A stretch of DNA of 64,000 nt from Felis catus (lineage: Eukaryota): positions 170,750,001 to 170,814,000 of the forward strand of contig NC_058368.1 of the NCBI RefSeq assembly GCF_018350175.1, written 5' to 3'. The notes beneath the pieces are model-generated. The model made no database searches. It was not told the DNA's origin and saw nothing but the letters and a program-made list of their open reading frames with translations. Position 1 is the first letter of the stretch, and each line of letters begins with the position of its first letter. A program made the translations under genes and the position numbers. Positions 1 to 12,849 of this stretch are shown in pieces.

Positions 1-1764
1 TCTGTGTAAGTTACACATGTTTTATGGCTTTCTTCAGGAAGCAGCTCAGCAGCCTAGGATTAAAGCTAAAGAGGGCACAAAGGAGTTGATCATTTTGTTT
101 GGCTCATTAGGCAATAATTAGATGCCATTTCTAATTAATGCAGGAAGCAGAATAGACCACTACATTTTAGCCATTAAAAATTGCGTTTTAGGCCAACTCA
201 AATTATTTCATGACCCTAAGCAAACATTACTGATAATAAAGAGGAAATTAACATTCTCCCAAGGGATTTCCAATCATTTCTAATCACATCAGTGCCCTGG
301 CATGTGAACTGATACTCTAATGCCTAATCCCCCGCCCCCACCCCCCACCTCCTCCGGTCATCCCCACTCCACAGGAACAGGGCAGGAGATGTCACCAGTC
401 CCCTGTGGAAGATAAGGCATCTGCTCAGTTGCTTTTCTGTGGCCAGCCTTTGCCATTTCAGTTCAGGGTACTTTGTGATCACCACTGTCCCACTTAAGTG
501 TTTGCAACCATTTAGTCCCACCCCACCAACATTTGCCCAGGAGGCCCGTTCTGACATTTGGAAACAGACTCTCAGTTGTAACCTCCTTTTCCTTCACATT
601 TTCTTTGAAGAATAGAACACCGAGGTGGCTTTTTCTTTTAACTCTGAGTCTCTGATAGAAGTTGAGTGATTGATCTTCCTCCAGCTCTGTGCATGCTTAG
701 CTTTAAATGGATAATGAGGTAAAAGCGTGAAGATGCACAGAGAAGATTCTTCGACAGTCCTAGATAGTGTCATGTTTACCCAGAGAACTCTGTTATTTGT
801 ATAAATTACTTGTCTTAAAAGAAATAGTTTTCTTAGGTTACATTATGGTTATATTATTAAAAGAAAAACGGGTCCAGAGCTTATAGTGTCTCGGTGTCTT
901 ATGGGCATTGATAAATCACTGGGAACAAGGAATCTATAATTTTAGTTAACATGACATTTGCAAGGAATAGGAGTAGCAACGTTCTGATCTATTTCATAGC
1001 TATTTAAATGTTCCCTGGAAGGCTGAGTGAGAACAAAGAGCAGAACAAAAAGTAAAGATATTTACTTCGGCACTGCAAATTGAGTCATTTTGTAATTGGA
1101 TCCTGATATGGTTTGTGTTTTGAGGATTAAGAGCATTACAGGAATTCATTTTGAAATTTCTAGCTTGTTTAAGTTTGTCTCCTTTGCTTTTGCCCCAAAA
1201 GCAAAATGCAGGAAAGTTACAGAAGAGACACTGAAACAACAACAACAACAACCAAGGAAATTCTGCCAAAAAGACATAAGAACTCAGAATTGAGGAAACC
1301 TCAGCCTTCCCAGTTTGTTAATTCTGATATCAGCAGGAAGGAATAAATAGAGCCTATTAATGCAGTTGATAAGTTAACATGCTAGGAGGATTTCTACCCA
1401 GAAACTAGAGATGCTTGTAAAACGGGGCAGGCTGATGCAGGGGCTGGATATACCAGAAAATGAATGTAAAACTTCAGAGTTACACTATACTGCAATTTGA
1501 AACATTTAGGTTACTTTTCGGGCATCCATTTGTGCTTAGGCAGATCTGTTTCGTAGACTCTTGTCTCAGAGGGTATGTTACTGCCAACTTCCCAAAGTGT
1601 TCAATTGGTATAAAGTCATGGTAAAGCTTGTTTTAAGAAAGAATTTGGGTTTTCATAGGAGAATGAAAGCACTCATTTGTTTTAAGCTTGGACCTGTAAG
1701 AAGTGTTTTATAGTATTTGTTAAATAAATGAAAAAGAATCATGTGTATCAATCAATAATTTTGT

Positions 1765-2688
1765 TTTTTTTAAATATGAAATTTATTATCAAATTGGTTT
1801 CCATACAACACCCAGTGCTCATCCCAACAGGTGCCCTCCTCAATGCCCATCACCCACCCTCCCCATCCTTCCACCCCCCCATCAACCCTCAGTTTATTCT
1901 CAGTTTTAAAGAATCTCTTATGGTTTGGCTCCCTCCCTCTCTAACTTTTTTTTTCCTGCCCCTCTCCCATAGTCTTCTGTTAAGTTTCTCAAGATCCACA
2001 TATGAGTGAAAACATATGGTGTCTGTCTTTCTCTGCCTGACTTATTTCACTTAGCATAAAACTCTCCAGTTCCATCCACGTTGCTACAAAGGGCCATATT
2101 TCATTCTTTCTCATTGCCACGTAGTACTCCATTGTGTATATAAACCACAATTTCTTTATCCATTCATCAGTTGATGGACATTTAGGCTCTTTCCATAATT
2201 TGGCTATTGTTGAAAGTGCTGCTAATAAACATTGGGGTACAAGTACCCCTATGCATCGGCACTCCTGTATCTGTTGGGTAAATTCCTAGCAGTGCTATTG
2301 CTGGGTCATAGGGTAGGTCTATTTTTAATTTGTTGAGGAATAGCCACTCTGTCTTCCACATCGACTGCACCAGTTTGCATTCCCACCAATAGTGCAAGAG
2401 GGTTCCCGTTTCTCCACATCCTCTCCAGCATCTATAGTCTCCTGATTTGTTCATTTTAGCCACTCTGTCTGGCATGAGGTGATATCTCAGTGTGGTTTTG
2501 ATTTGTATTTCCCTGATGAGGAGTGACATTGAGCATCTTTTCATGTGCCCGTTGGCCATCTGGATGTATTCTTTAGAGGAGTGTCTATTCATGATTTCTG
2601 CCCATTTCTTCACTGGATTATCTGTTTTTCAGGTGTGGAGTTTGGTGAGTTCTTTATAGATTTTGGGTACTAGCCCTTTTTCAGATAT
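1765..2688 (-). mobile_element. 5'-truncated felid/carnivore LINE-1 (ORF2 C-terminus + 3'UTR)
   Basis: ORF 2182-2613 is the L1 ORF2 cysteine-rich C-terminus (CWRGCGE...[10 protein letters not shown]). T-tail at ~1764-1771. Degenerate candidate TSD aataattttgt (1754-1764) / aacaactttgt (2689-2699). Confidence 0.93.
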
Positions 2689-5485
2689 AACAACTTTGTA
2701 AAACAAACATATTTAAGTGTTTTGGAGTCTATAAAGCATTTGGACTTACGTTGTGATCCTTACAATGACCATGGGAAGGATAAAGCAGGTGTGATTAGGT
2801 CATTTAGATGAGCAATCTGAGGGGTCATAGAGGCCACGTGATTTGCCTCTGGTCAGAGCCAGCTGCATGGGCACATGAGCCGTGCAGTCACATGGGTTCC
2901 TGCACTCAGGAACCTGTATACTTGGTTTAATGTTTTGCTGTCACTGCTTTGAAATTCTTAATATTTAAACAAGGTGCCTTATGTTGTCTGAATGCAAAAT
3001 TACATTTTCTTTTCAAATAAACCCAGAATCTAGAATCGTAAAGCCAGTAATGTATTAAAAAAAGCATACAAAGTATTGAAAGGATATCTTTTAGTAGAGT
3101 CTCTTTCCTAAGAAAGAAGGGCAGAGAGAATTGAAGCACTTGATTTAGTTTACACAAGTGACTGAATCCCTTCAAACCCTAGTTTTTCATTTATGGCAAG
3201 AAGATGATTATAAATAGTAATGGTGGGTTTATGTAAGTATATTTCTTAATTTAGTAAATGCATTAGGAGGAAGTATGTTATTTATCTGACTCAAAGTGGC
3301 TTATTAAATAATAACTGGAAAAAAGGTGACCAGCTTTCCATATATATGGATTTAAAATTGGCAAAGTATATGGCTAGCTGAATTCACAATTTCTGTGACC
3401 CTCATGGCTTTGCAGTATTCCTATGATAGGCCTATAAGTTGTCAGATAGTAAAACCCCAAATTTGGTTCCTGTTTTCTGGGATGAGTGAGATTCCATGAG
3501 AACTGTTTATAGTTCGTAAGACTCTTTCAGAGCTGATTGCCTTTACGTAACTGTGAACGATAGTTATTTTTTTTCCCATGTGAATTTTATGACCTAAGTG
3601 GAAGAGGTAAGAAGGCATTGTTTGAGGGGAGGAAACCCCCAACAAACTGTATAAATACCAAGCTTTGCTATCCATCAGAGTCAAGTCAACTCAAACAACA
3701 CTGTCCAGAAGAGCAAAGTCCCTTGTGATTAGAAGATTGACTCTGAAATTGTCATGAAATGTCACTAATGAAACAAATAATCTGGCATTAAACATATGAT
3801 ACCATTAACAGAGAGAAGTGGCTGTGACCTGGTGGAAGCAAATACAAATATCTGAAAGAATAAATAGGATAATAATGTAAGTAACACTTTTAAATCCTAA
3901 ACGGATTAGAACACTATGAAGGTATCTGTTTTATTATGACAAATACTGCTGATAAAGATGGGAAACAGTAATTATATGTAAGTGGACTCGTCTGAATTTT
4001 TATTTTTCTTCTTTTCTATCAACCTTCTTCCTTCTTTCCTTGCTCCTCTTTTTCCTTCTTCCCTTCTTCCCTTCCCTGCTTTCGTGTGGCATTTAAGGCG
4101 TTATGATAAAAATAACAAATAACAGAGAGTTATTCATTCAGTTCCTTTAAATTCTCCAAATCACTATTTTGAGTCTACCATATGAGAGGTACTGGTAACA
4201 AGCTTTCATCCTCAAGATGAAATCCCAGTTTTACTTCTTATGAATTATGTCTTTTGAAGCAAGACATTGGCTTCCTGAACTGTAGTTTCTTTATGAACTG
4301 TGAATCATAATACTTACCTTGCCTCTTTATTAGACTGTTGTGATTATCATATCATATTATTCAACTCAATACCTGAAATAGTTCTTGAACTCCAACTGTA
4401 TATGCCAGGCTTTGTGCTGGGGACACAGATCGATAAGATACTCCCTTAATTCAAGGAGCACACAGTTTATGCCCAGAGCTGCAAACTCTGGTGCTTACTG
4501 AGGCCAGGCCTGGATTGTAAGTGACTAGAAGCACATATTATAAAGCAGGGGGACTGATGGGCTTCCTGACACACTGTAGAAAGCGTGTCTAATCTCTATG
4601 GGGCAGCCTCTGCCAGCTCCAACTGGCTATGGTTATCCAGGAATCCTAGTCCCTTGTTTCTAGGCTTGGTTTTCTTAAAATGTGAAATATCCATATTTTT
4701 AATGTGGACATCTAGTTACAAAAATTGCCTAAACATTTTGTAGGCAAAGTGTATCTGTGAAGGGGAAATCCACTTATGGGATGGCCATTTGCAAGTTCTC
4801 GTTTAGATAGGCAGGCATGTAAATAAACCACAAGGCAAAAATTAGGTACAGTAGTGGACCAAGCTAGCTTCGAGAATGGAATAAAAAGCATTCCAGAGAA
4901 TTCGAGAATGGAATGAGAAGATGTAGTATGTGTGCTATGACAGGAATCCCATAAGAGGGATGATTGTGTGGAATTAAAGAATGACTAAAATCTCGTTAGC
5001 CAGAAAATTGCAGGAGGTGATTCAAACAAAAAAGGCAGCACGCTCAAAGACTCCATGAATTTGGTAGTGCTGGATACACAGGGAGGGCAAGAAGAGGTGA
5101 GACCAGAAAAGAGAAGGGCACCAAACAATCTCATATGACACACTAAGAGAACTGGGTCCTTCTCACTGTCATGGGGGTAGTGAGCACCGAGGACAGACCT
5201 GGTCAGGTTTCTATTCTAGAATGGTGATTGTGCTAGTAGAAAGGAGGAAGATTGAAAGGAAGTGAGCCTAGAGGCCTAGATGGGGATCCTTAGTGCAGAT
5301 GGAAATTATGAAGAGATTGAAATTTATTTGTCAACTAGAAAGCATTCTATTCATGTGTGTACTATTCATATAAGATATCACCATTTTTATATGATATTAA
5401 AATGCACAATTTTCCACCTCTGCCATCAAGATGAATTCTTTAGTCCATGGGTTGTCATAGTTAAACAGTAACAGCTTTGCTTTGC

Positions 5486-5488
5486 TTT

Positions 5489-5535
<47 letters not shown>

Positions 5536-5555
5536 CTCCTTCTTTCTTTCTTTCT
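5486..5555. repeat. (TTTC)n microsatellite
   Basis: Direct reading. Confidence 0.95.
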
Positions 5556-6619
5556 TAGTGATCACAGAATAATGATGCCTCTTAAAATTGATGGTGTCTT
5601 TGACACAGTGAAATAGAATAATTATCATGGACTTTTGACCATTAAACTGAAATTTGAAGCAGAGAAGTGGAATATATTCTAGGAAGTGATAATCCCACCT
5701 ATATCTCTGGAAAGGAGCCTTTGTATTTGCTTTGGTTACCAGTTATTCCTATTTCCTGAATGTTCATTAAATCAGGGGAGGCAAATATGTATGCCACAGG
5801 ATCTGGGCAGTGATGTAAATACATAAAGCTACTAAGGGGAGTACAGGCCCTCTCTAAAAATCATTTACTACTCTGGTCTTATCAACTACTGCTGGACAGA
5901 AATTAAAAATTAATGTTTCCAGATTCAAGAGAAGTTGGAAATCTGAATTTTTTGATAAATCCCTCAATATTTATATGTTGGCAAGACATTCAACATTTAA
6001 AAAAACCCTGTGCAGGCCAAACATCTGTGTGTTAACTAAGCTACCAGCCTTGTCCCTGCTAAGCTTCTTATTGAAGGAGTGATCATACTGATATCTAATA
6101 CTTACAGTTTTGTAATATTAAATGCTAGATGTTGCTGAATGTCAGTGACAAGACTAAGTCACAGCTGGGAGAGATGAAATCTCTTCCTTGTCTGTAGCAA
6201 CCATCTGGTACAGCTCCCAGCCACATGAATCCTTTAGAAGCAATCTCAAGGTCTGTGATCTGAAATGGGTTTGTTGTTTTGTCCTAAGATATGTCTGTTT
6301 GATCATCTATTCAACAGGAAAAAAATCTTGGCCACAATGTTTTGACATAATAAAATTATATCTCATGCCTCAAAATTCCTTTCTTCTTCAGAAACAATAA
6401 CAGAAGCTATTGATGTTTAAAAGCTGCCTGGAATGCCAAAGGGAATTTCTAAGTTCTGCCTTTATGGATTTATCATTCACTAATCTCCTTCTAGCACAAG
6501 CTTTGTCAACATTTGTAATGCACTGTTAATAAATGCATAAAGAAATAATACATTGTTTTTCTTTTTTGCAACAATAATGTCTGCTTCAAACTTGATAAGT
6601 TGATAAAAATGAAGACTGT

Positions 6620-7949
6620 AAGGGAGAAGTTCTGCTCTGGCAATGATGGAGTAACAGGTACTACATTTATACTTCTGTAAATTACTGGACATAATGCATG
6701 GGATAGTTGTTTTTAGACACTAAACAGGACTTTGGTTCCGGAGAGAAGGGAAACACAAGGTGAGTACCACACTCACCATGGTTCTCTCACTGGGGACAAC
6801 GTATAGTGAAATTTTACGAGACCAAATAGGATCAACAGAGTATCAGAGAAATAGGCATGTACTGTTAGAAGACATTGGATCTCTGGCCAAGCCAAGGTGA
6901 GAGACTTTACTGAGAACCTCAGATATTTGGTTGAAATCTCAACAAGGTGATACCTTGGGAGTATAGACCACACCCTAGAGCAAGGACCATGACATTGAAC
7001 CAAGAACAAAAAACAAATAGATTTGCTCTAACAACAAATAAAACCAAAGTGGACAGGATCAAAAAGATTTGTCCACAATTCTACCGCCAGCTATTGAAAA
7101 AGGCAACTCTTTTTAAAAAGAAAATAATATAATCCAGACTCCCTAGTATGTATCATTTAAAAATGTCTATCAAACAATAAAAAAATCCCTAGACATTTAA
7201 AGAAGTAGAAATATGGATCTGTACTCAAGGTGGGAAAAAGCATTCAATAACACAGACTTTGGAGATGACCCAGATGTTGGAATAAGCAGATGAGGAGTAG
7301 AAAACAACTACAGTACAAACATTCAGGAACATGAAATAAAATAGTTACATAATGTGTAAACATATGGGGCATCTCAGAACAGAAATGGACACTATAAAAA
7401 AAAAACCCTAATGGACATTTTAGAATTGAAAAGTACATTATGTCAAATTAAAAATTTATAGGCTTAAGAGTGGATTAGAGGCCACAGAATAAAGAGTCAG
7501 TAAACTTGAGGACAAATCAATAGTACTCATCCAATTTGAAGAATAGCAAAACAGTTGGAAAAAGGAGCAGAACCTTTGTAATCTGTGGGAAAATATCACG
7601 AAGGCTACTATACATGCAATATATGTCCCAAAGGGAGAGGAGAGAAAGAATTGGGCAGGAAAAAGAGTTTAGAGAAACAATAGGCGAACATTTTCCAAAT
7701 TTGGTAAAGAGCCTTGCAGATTCAAGAAGCTTATTGAGCAGCGAGCATAATAAATGAAAAGAAAACCAAACCTAGGCATATAGTCAAAAGCCAGAAACCA
7801 AAGGTAAAGATAAAATCTTTAAAGCAACCAAAGATGATATATACAGGGAACAATAATATGAATTATGGCTAATACCTCATCAGAAAAAAATGGAAGTCAG
7901 AAGACTGAATACTTTTAGAGTCCTAAACGCACGTGCACGTGCACGCATG

Positions 7950-7995
<46 letters not shown>

Positions 7996-8690
7996 ACACA
8001 CACACACAACCTGTCAGCCCAGAATTCTACATCTAGTAAAAAAATTTCTCAAGAATGACAGATAAATAAAGACATTTTAAAATAAATGAACACTGAGCAA
8101 ATCTATTGTCAGTGCACATGAACCACAATTAATGCTCAAGAAATTTCTTTGGACTGAAGGAAAATAATACAAGATGGAAATTACGTTTTATAGGAAGAAA
8201 TGAAGACCATTAGAAATAGAAGAATATAGGTGATAGGTAATGTAAAAGACTCTTTTTCATTCTTCTTTAATATCTTTTAAAACATCTAATTATTTGAAGC
8301 AAAATAAAATCATCGTGGAAGTAAAATACATGAAAACAGTAGTTCTAAGTAGGATAGGGAAGGAAGGGAAGGTGGTAAATGGAATTACTATGTTGAGGTT
8401 TTTGTATTTTACAGCATTAAGCAGACTATGAGCAGACTGTAACAAGTAAGGGTATATACTGTAATCCTGAGAGCAACCATTACAAAAAGTAAAACAATAA
8501 GGTATACCTTAAAGGCCAAGAGAAGTATAAAATAGAATACTGGGAAAACTATACTATTAAATCCAAAAGAGAGCAGGAAAGTATAGAAAAAATAACAAAG
8601 ACCAAATGAAACAAATAGCAATGTGGATGACTTAAACCCAACCATATCATTAATAATGTTTATTGTAAATGAACTACTCAAATTAAAAGG
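6620..8690 (+). mobile_element. Ancient L1M 5' region/ORF1 remnant into the start of ORF2
   Basis: Degenerate ORF1-like A-rich sequence (e.g. ORF 7536-7757 ...FRETIGEHFPNLVK) ending in an EN-start-like segment. Boundaries approximate. Confidence 0.55.
7927..8008. repeat. Compound (RY)n / (CA)n microsatellite
   Basis: acgcacgtgcacgtgcacgcatgcgcgcgc followed by (AC)n. Confidence 0.95.
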
Positions 8691-8694
8691 CAAA

Positions 8695-9664
8695 AAACAA
8701 ATAATCCAATCTAAGAATGAACAGAGGAACCAAACAGACGCTTTTCCAAAGACGACATCCAAATGGCTAATAGGTACGTGAAAAGATGCTCAACATCACT
8801 AATCATCAGGGAGATGCAAATCAAAACCACAATATGATATCACCTCACACCTGTTAGAATTGCTATCATCAAGATGACAAGAGACAAGGATGTGGAGAAA
8901 AGGGAACCCTTATACACTGTTGGTGGGAATGTAAATTGATGCAGCCGTTACAGAAAACAGTATGAGGTTCCTTGAAAAATTAAAAATAGAATTACCACGT
9001 GGTCCAGCAATCCCACTTCTGGGTATATATACAAAGAAAACAAAAATCAGGATCTTGAAGAGAGATCTGCATTCCCTTATTCATTGCAGCATTATTCACA
9101 ATCACCAAGGTATGGGAGCAACTTAAGTGTTCATCAACAGATGAATGGATAAAGATGTTTATTTATGTATGTATGCATGTATATATGTATGTATGTAGCC
9201 ATGAGAATGAAGGACATCCTGCCACTTGCAATAACATAGATAGACCTTGAGGGCATTATGCTAAGTGAAAAAGTCAGGCAGAGAAAGAATATGTACTGTA
9301 TATATCACTTATATGTGGAATCTAAAAAAGCTGAACTCAAACAGAGTAGGATGGCAGTTGCCAGAGGCTGGGGAAATAGTCAAAGGTTACAACCTTGCAC
9401 TTATAAGATGAGTAACTTCAGGGGATCTAACATACAGCTTAGTGATTATATTTATAGCATTATATACTTGAAAGTTGCTAAGAGAATAAATCTTAAATAT
9501 TCTCACCACAGAAAAGAAATGGTAATCATGTGAGGTGATGATGTTAAACTAACCCTACTGTGGTAATCATTTCACAATATGTAAGGGTATCAGATCAACA
9601 TGTTGTACACCTTAAACTCAGACAATGTTATATGTCAATTACATCTCAATAAAGCTAGAAAAAA
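8695..9664 (+). mobile_element. Old L1 (L1MA-like) ORF2 end + 3'UTR
   Basis: aaaagatgctcaacatcactaatcatcagggagatgcaaatcaaaaccaca and a typical 3' end ttgtacaccttaaact...ctcaataaagctagaaaaa. Confidence 0.8.
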
Positions 9665-12149
9665 TTTATGGCAAACAGTATACAAAAACAGTAGCATATA
9701 TTGCATATTGAAATTATTAGGCTTAAGTGAAGGTGTGAAGGTTGGATTAAATGGATACATATAAATATAGTAGACATGTTGTAGTAGATGGTATGGAATA
9801 GAAGGGAATGGGTCTGGGAATGGAGAAGAAAGGTGACAAAAAGAGCTGTAACTATCCTCAGAATATATGGTGGTATTAAACAGTTGATTGGAAATTCAGT
9901 TCCATGTGTGCTACAGGTATGCACACACTCATTTAAACAGAAAAGAAAAATAATAAGTCTTCATAAAGCGTTTGGTTGATTCTAATGGCTAACATATGAG
10001 GCAGTAAATATTTTAAAGCAAACAAAGGGAAGGACTGAGAAGAGTATCAAGACCTTTTATGTCCACAGTATTTATTGTCACATTGCTTTTTTTTCTTTTT
10101 CTTTCTTTCTTTTTTTTTTTTGTCACATTACTTTCTAATTGAAAAGAAATACTTAAGGCAACCTGATAATTTGAAGCTGTTTTTTTTGTTTGCTTTTTTG
10201 TAGCTAAAATTCAGCATTTGGATTCCAAAGCTTCTTAACCACTTACTTTATCTTAGGGCAGGGGTTTTGTTAAATTTTTATAACTAAAGGCATCATGTTT
10301 AAGCCAGTCCTTGCAGAAATCCAGGACTAGGAACAAAGTCACACTAGATGCTGAAAGTAATTGTTAATGGGGGTGGGGGGGGGGCGGTGAGAAACCGGAC
10401 ACTCACCAAGTAGAGAATATAATAGTTCATGCTTTGAGTTGGGGATCAGAAGTGAAGAGTTAAGCACTTGCCAAGATAGATCCTGAAGAAGGGGGTATAG
10501 GTCAGGAATTAGACATAAAAGACTGGGTATAGAGCAAGCTAAAATCAGGGTGAAATGACAAATAAGACTGTCAAGAAGACAGTTACAAGAGTCCAGATAA
10601 GGCCCCAAGTAGGAAGATGGGTCATGGCCCTAATAACTGAAGCAGAGTGCTTGCCCTTGCCCCCTGCAGGATTTAACAAGAAAAGGGAGAGTGAAGTTGT
10701 GGATAGACTGAAATTCTGAACCCAACCTTATTAAAACCTTGGGCTTCTAGCACTTCTTTAAAATCTGGGGTTTACTGTCATTCCTTGACATGATATTTTT
10801 GAGATTTACTTCAGGACTGTAAAATTTAACTGACTTGGAAAACCTCCAGGTCTAATAACAACTTTCTAAATTCTAAAGGTTAGCCCATTCTTCAAGTTGT
10901 AGATTGAAAATGCCAAATCAGTAATTAAATCATTTCAGCAGCTTTTCCTCCTGTTCTTTGTTGGTTTAAGGTTCAGATTTTATTTTTGTCTTTGGTGACC
11001 GAAGAACATCTTGAAACACTTAAGTATTGAAGAGCACTGAGGGGTTGCAGCTGACAGGGATACAGAATGAAACAATGAAAAACTGTCACTGCAATGGGGC
11101 AAGATGTGTGCTGACATTAAACATTTAGAGACTTTGACTCTTTCAGGCTCCTGTTCCTGAATATGACTCTACTTTCACCCCCAAGAAGAATCAATTTTGA
11201 GATTATAACCAGTCATCTTAACAATTCATCTAATCTAAAAAAACAAAAATCAATGAAAAGAACAGGCTTGTTAAATAATAGCAAGTCAATCATGTAGAAG
11301 AAATACAATGACATGTAGAGTTGCACACATTATGTTTTCAACGTATGATTGACAGTTCTTATAAATCACAGCCTTGTTCTTCAACCTTTCCCTAATGAAC
11401 ATTCAGAGGATCTTTCCTGAAAGCACATACACATATTGAAAAAACAAAAAACAAACAAACAAAAAACCTTAAATGAAATGCAAAAATAAATGGAACAAGA
11501 AATCAATGCATTGAAATGTTTTAAAATGATTAATATTTTGACCTAACTATTAGAAAAAAACATTCAACATTGGAAAAAGATAACAAGATCCTTTGGTTCC
11601 ATTTCAAGACCCGTCCCATTAAAAAAAAAAAAAATGAAACTCATAACTTACGAGTCTTCACACACTTGACAAAGACCATTTTGAATGACTATGAAGCATA
11701 TCATTACAGAGACCCCTGGGGCCATGCAGCATAGTTAACACCCCCTCCAGACTTCTCTGTTTTAAGAGATTCTGTATCTGAAGTTCTCTTGCATTTCCAA
11801 AGAGCAAGTTGTCAGTCTGATGCCAAGGGAAGCCAAGCTCTATTGCTTCAACCTCAAAATCACAAAAGTCGTAATAAGTCCTTCCATAGAAAGTCAATCA
11901 CTGATTTATAGCCTTCCTTACTGGGAGAATGCCCATGATTCTAAATGGTCTTAAAGTTAGGCATTTTCATCCTAATTCTCTAAAACTTCCTGAAACATGG
12001 TTTCTTTCTAGAATTATATGAACACATTTTAAGCTAATCATTTAATTTCAGCAAAGAAAATAGGTTATACTTTAGAGAAATTACTTAAATGTTATTTTCA
12101 TATAAATTTATTTCAGCTGTTCTGTTCTTTTTACTTAATCTTTCCATCC

Positions 12150-12325
12150 TCTAAAAAAAAAGCAAAGTCATTCCTAAAATTGCAACTATGTGGGGTTATG
12201 GATATATTAACTAGTCTTATTGTAGTAATTATTTTACAGTATGTACATATGTCAAATCATTACGTTGTACACCTTAACTTTGCATGTTACATGTCAGTTA
12301 TATATCAAAAAGGTTGAAAAAATTA
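12150..12325 (+). mobile_element. Old L1 3' terminal fragment
   Basis: aaatcattacgttgtacaccttaac...atgtcagttatatatcaaaaagg resembles the terminus at 9590-9660. Confidence 0.6.
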
Positions 12326-12849
12326 AAAGATGTGTTAATATTAATAAGTCTATTAATTAGCAAAATGGAATCTCTTAATAGATTCCTCATGTATAAAGAG
12401 TAAAAAATTAAAAAAAATGTTTTAGGTTATTTCTAGCATACTTGTGTCCTGAGGTTGATCAGTCAAGAATGTATTTTGTTAAAAATTTTTGGAAGATTTT
12501 TACTAAGACAGTGATTTATATACTGAAATTATTGACAGGTTAATTTAATGTGAGAAGGAAATTAAGAAATGGATGATATTTAATATATATCTTTTACATG
12601 AATATTTGAGTATGTTAATTTTTCAATTGGTATAAAATGGGTATAAGATATTTAGTTTTCTTCAGTGTTTGCAAATCACTTTCCCTTGAATTTCTTTTCT
12701 TTTCTTTCCTTTTTTTTTTTTTTTAAATTTCATGAGTTACCATTAAATAAACATAGACTAAGTTGAATGATATGGCCTACATTTTGGTAATTTTTAAAAA
12801 ATCTTACCTTTGAACAATATGGTTTTCTTGGGAAGATTTTTCACTGTAT

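Noticed and set aside
4470..6060. Possible old DNA-transposon fragments (4475-4800, 5400-5615, 5775-6058) and an LTR-like piece at 52105-52330
   Set aside because: Too degenerate to assign family or boundaries by eye; left unannotated.
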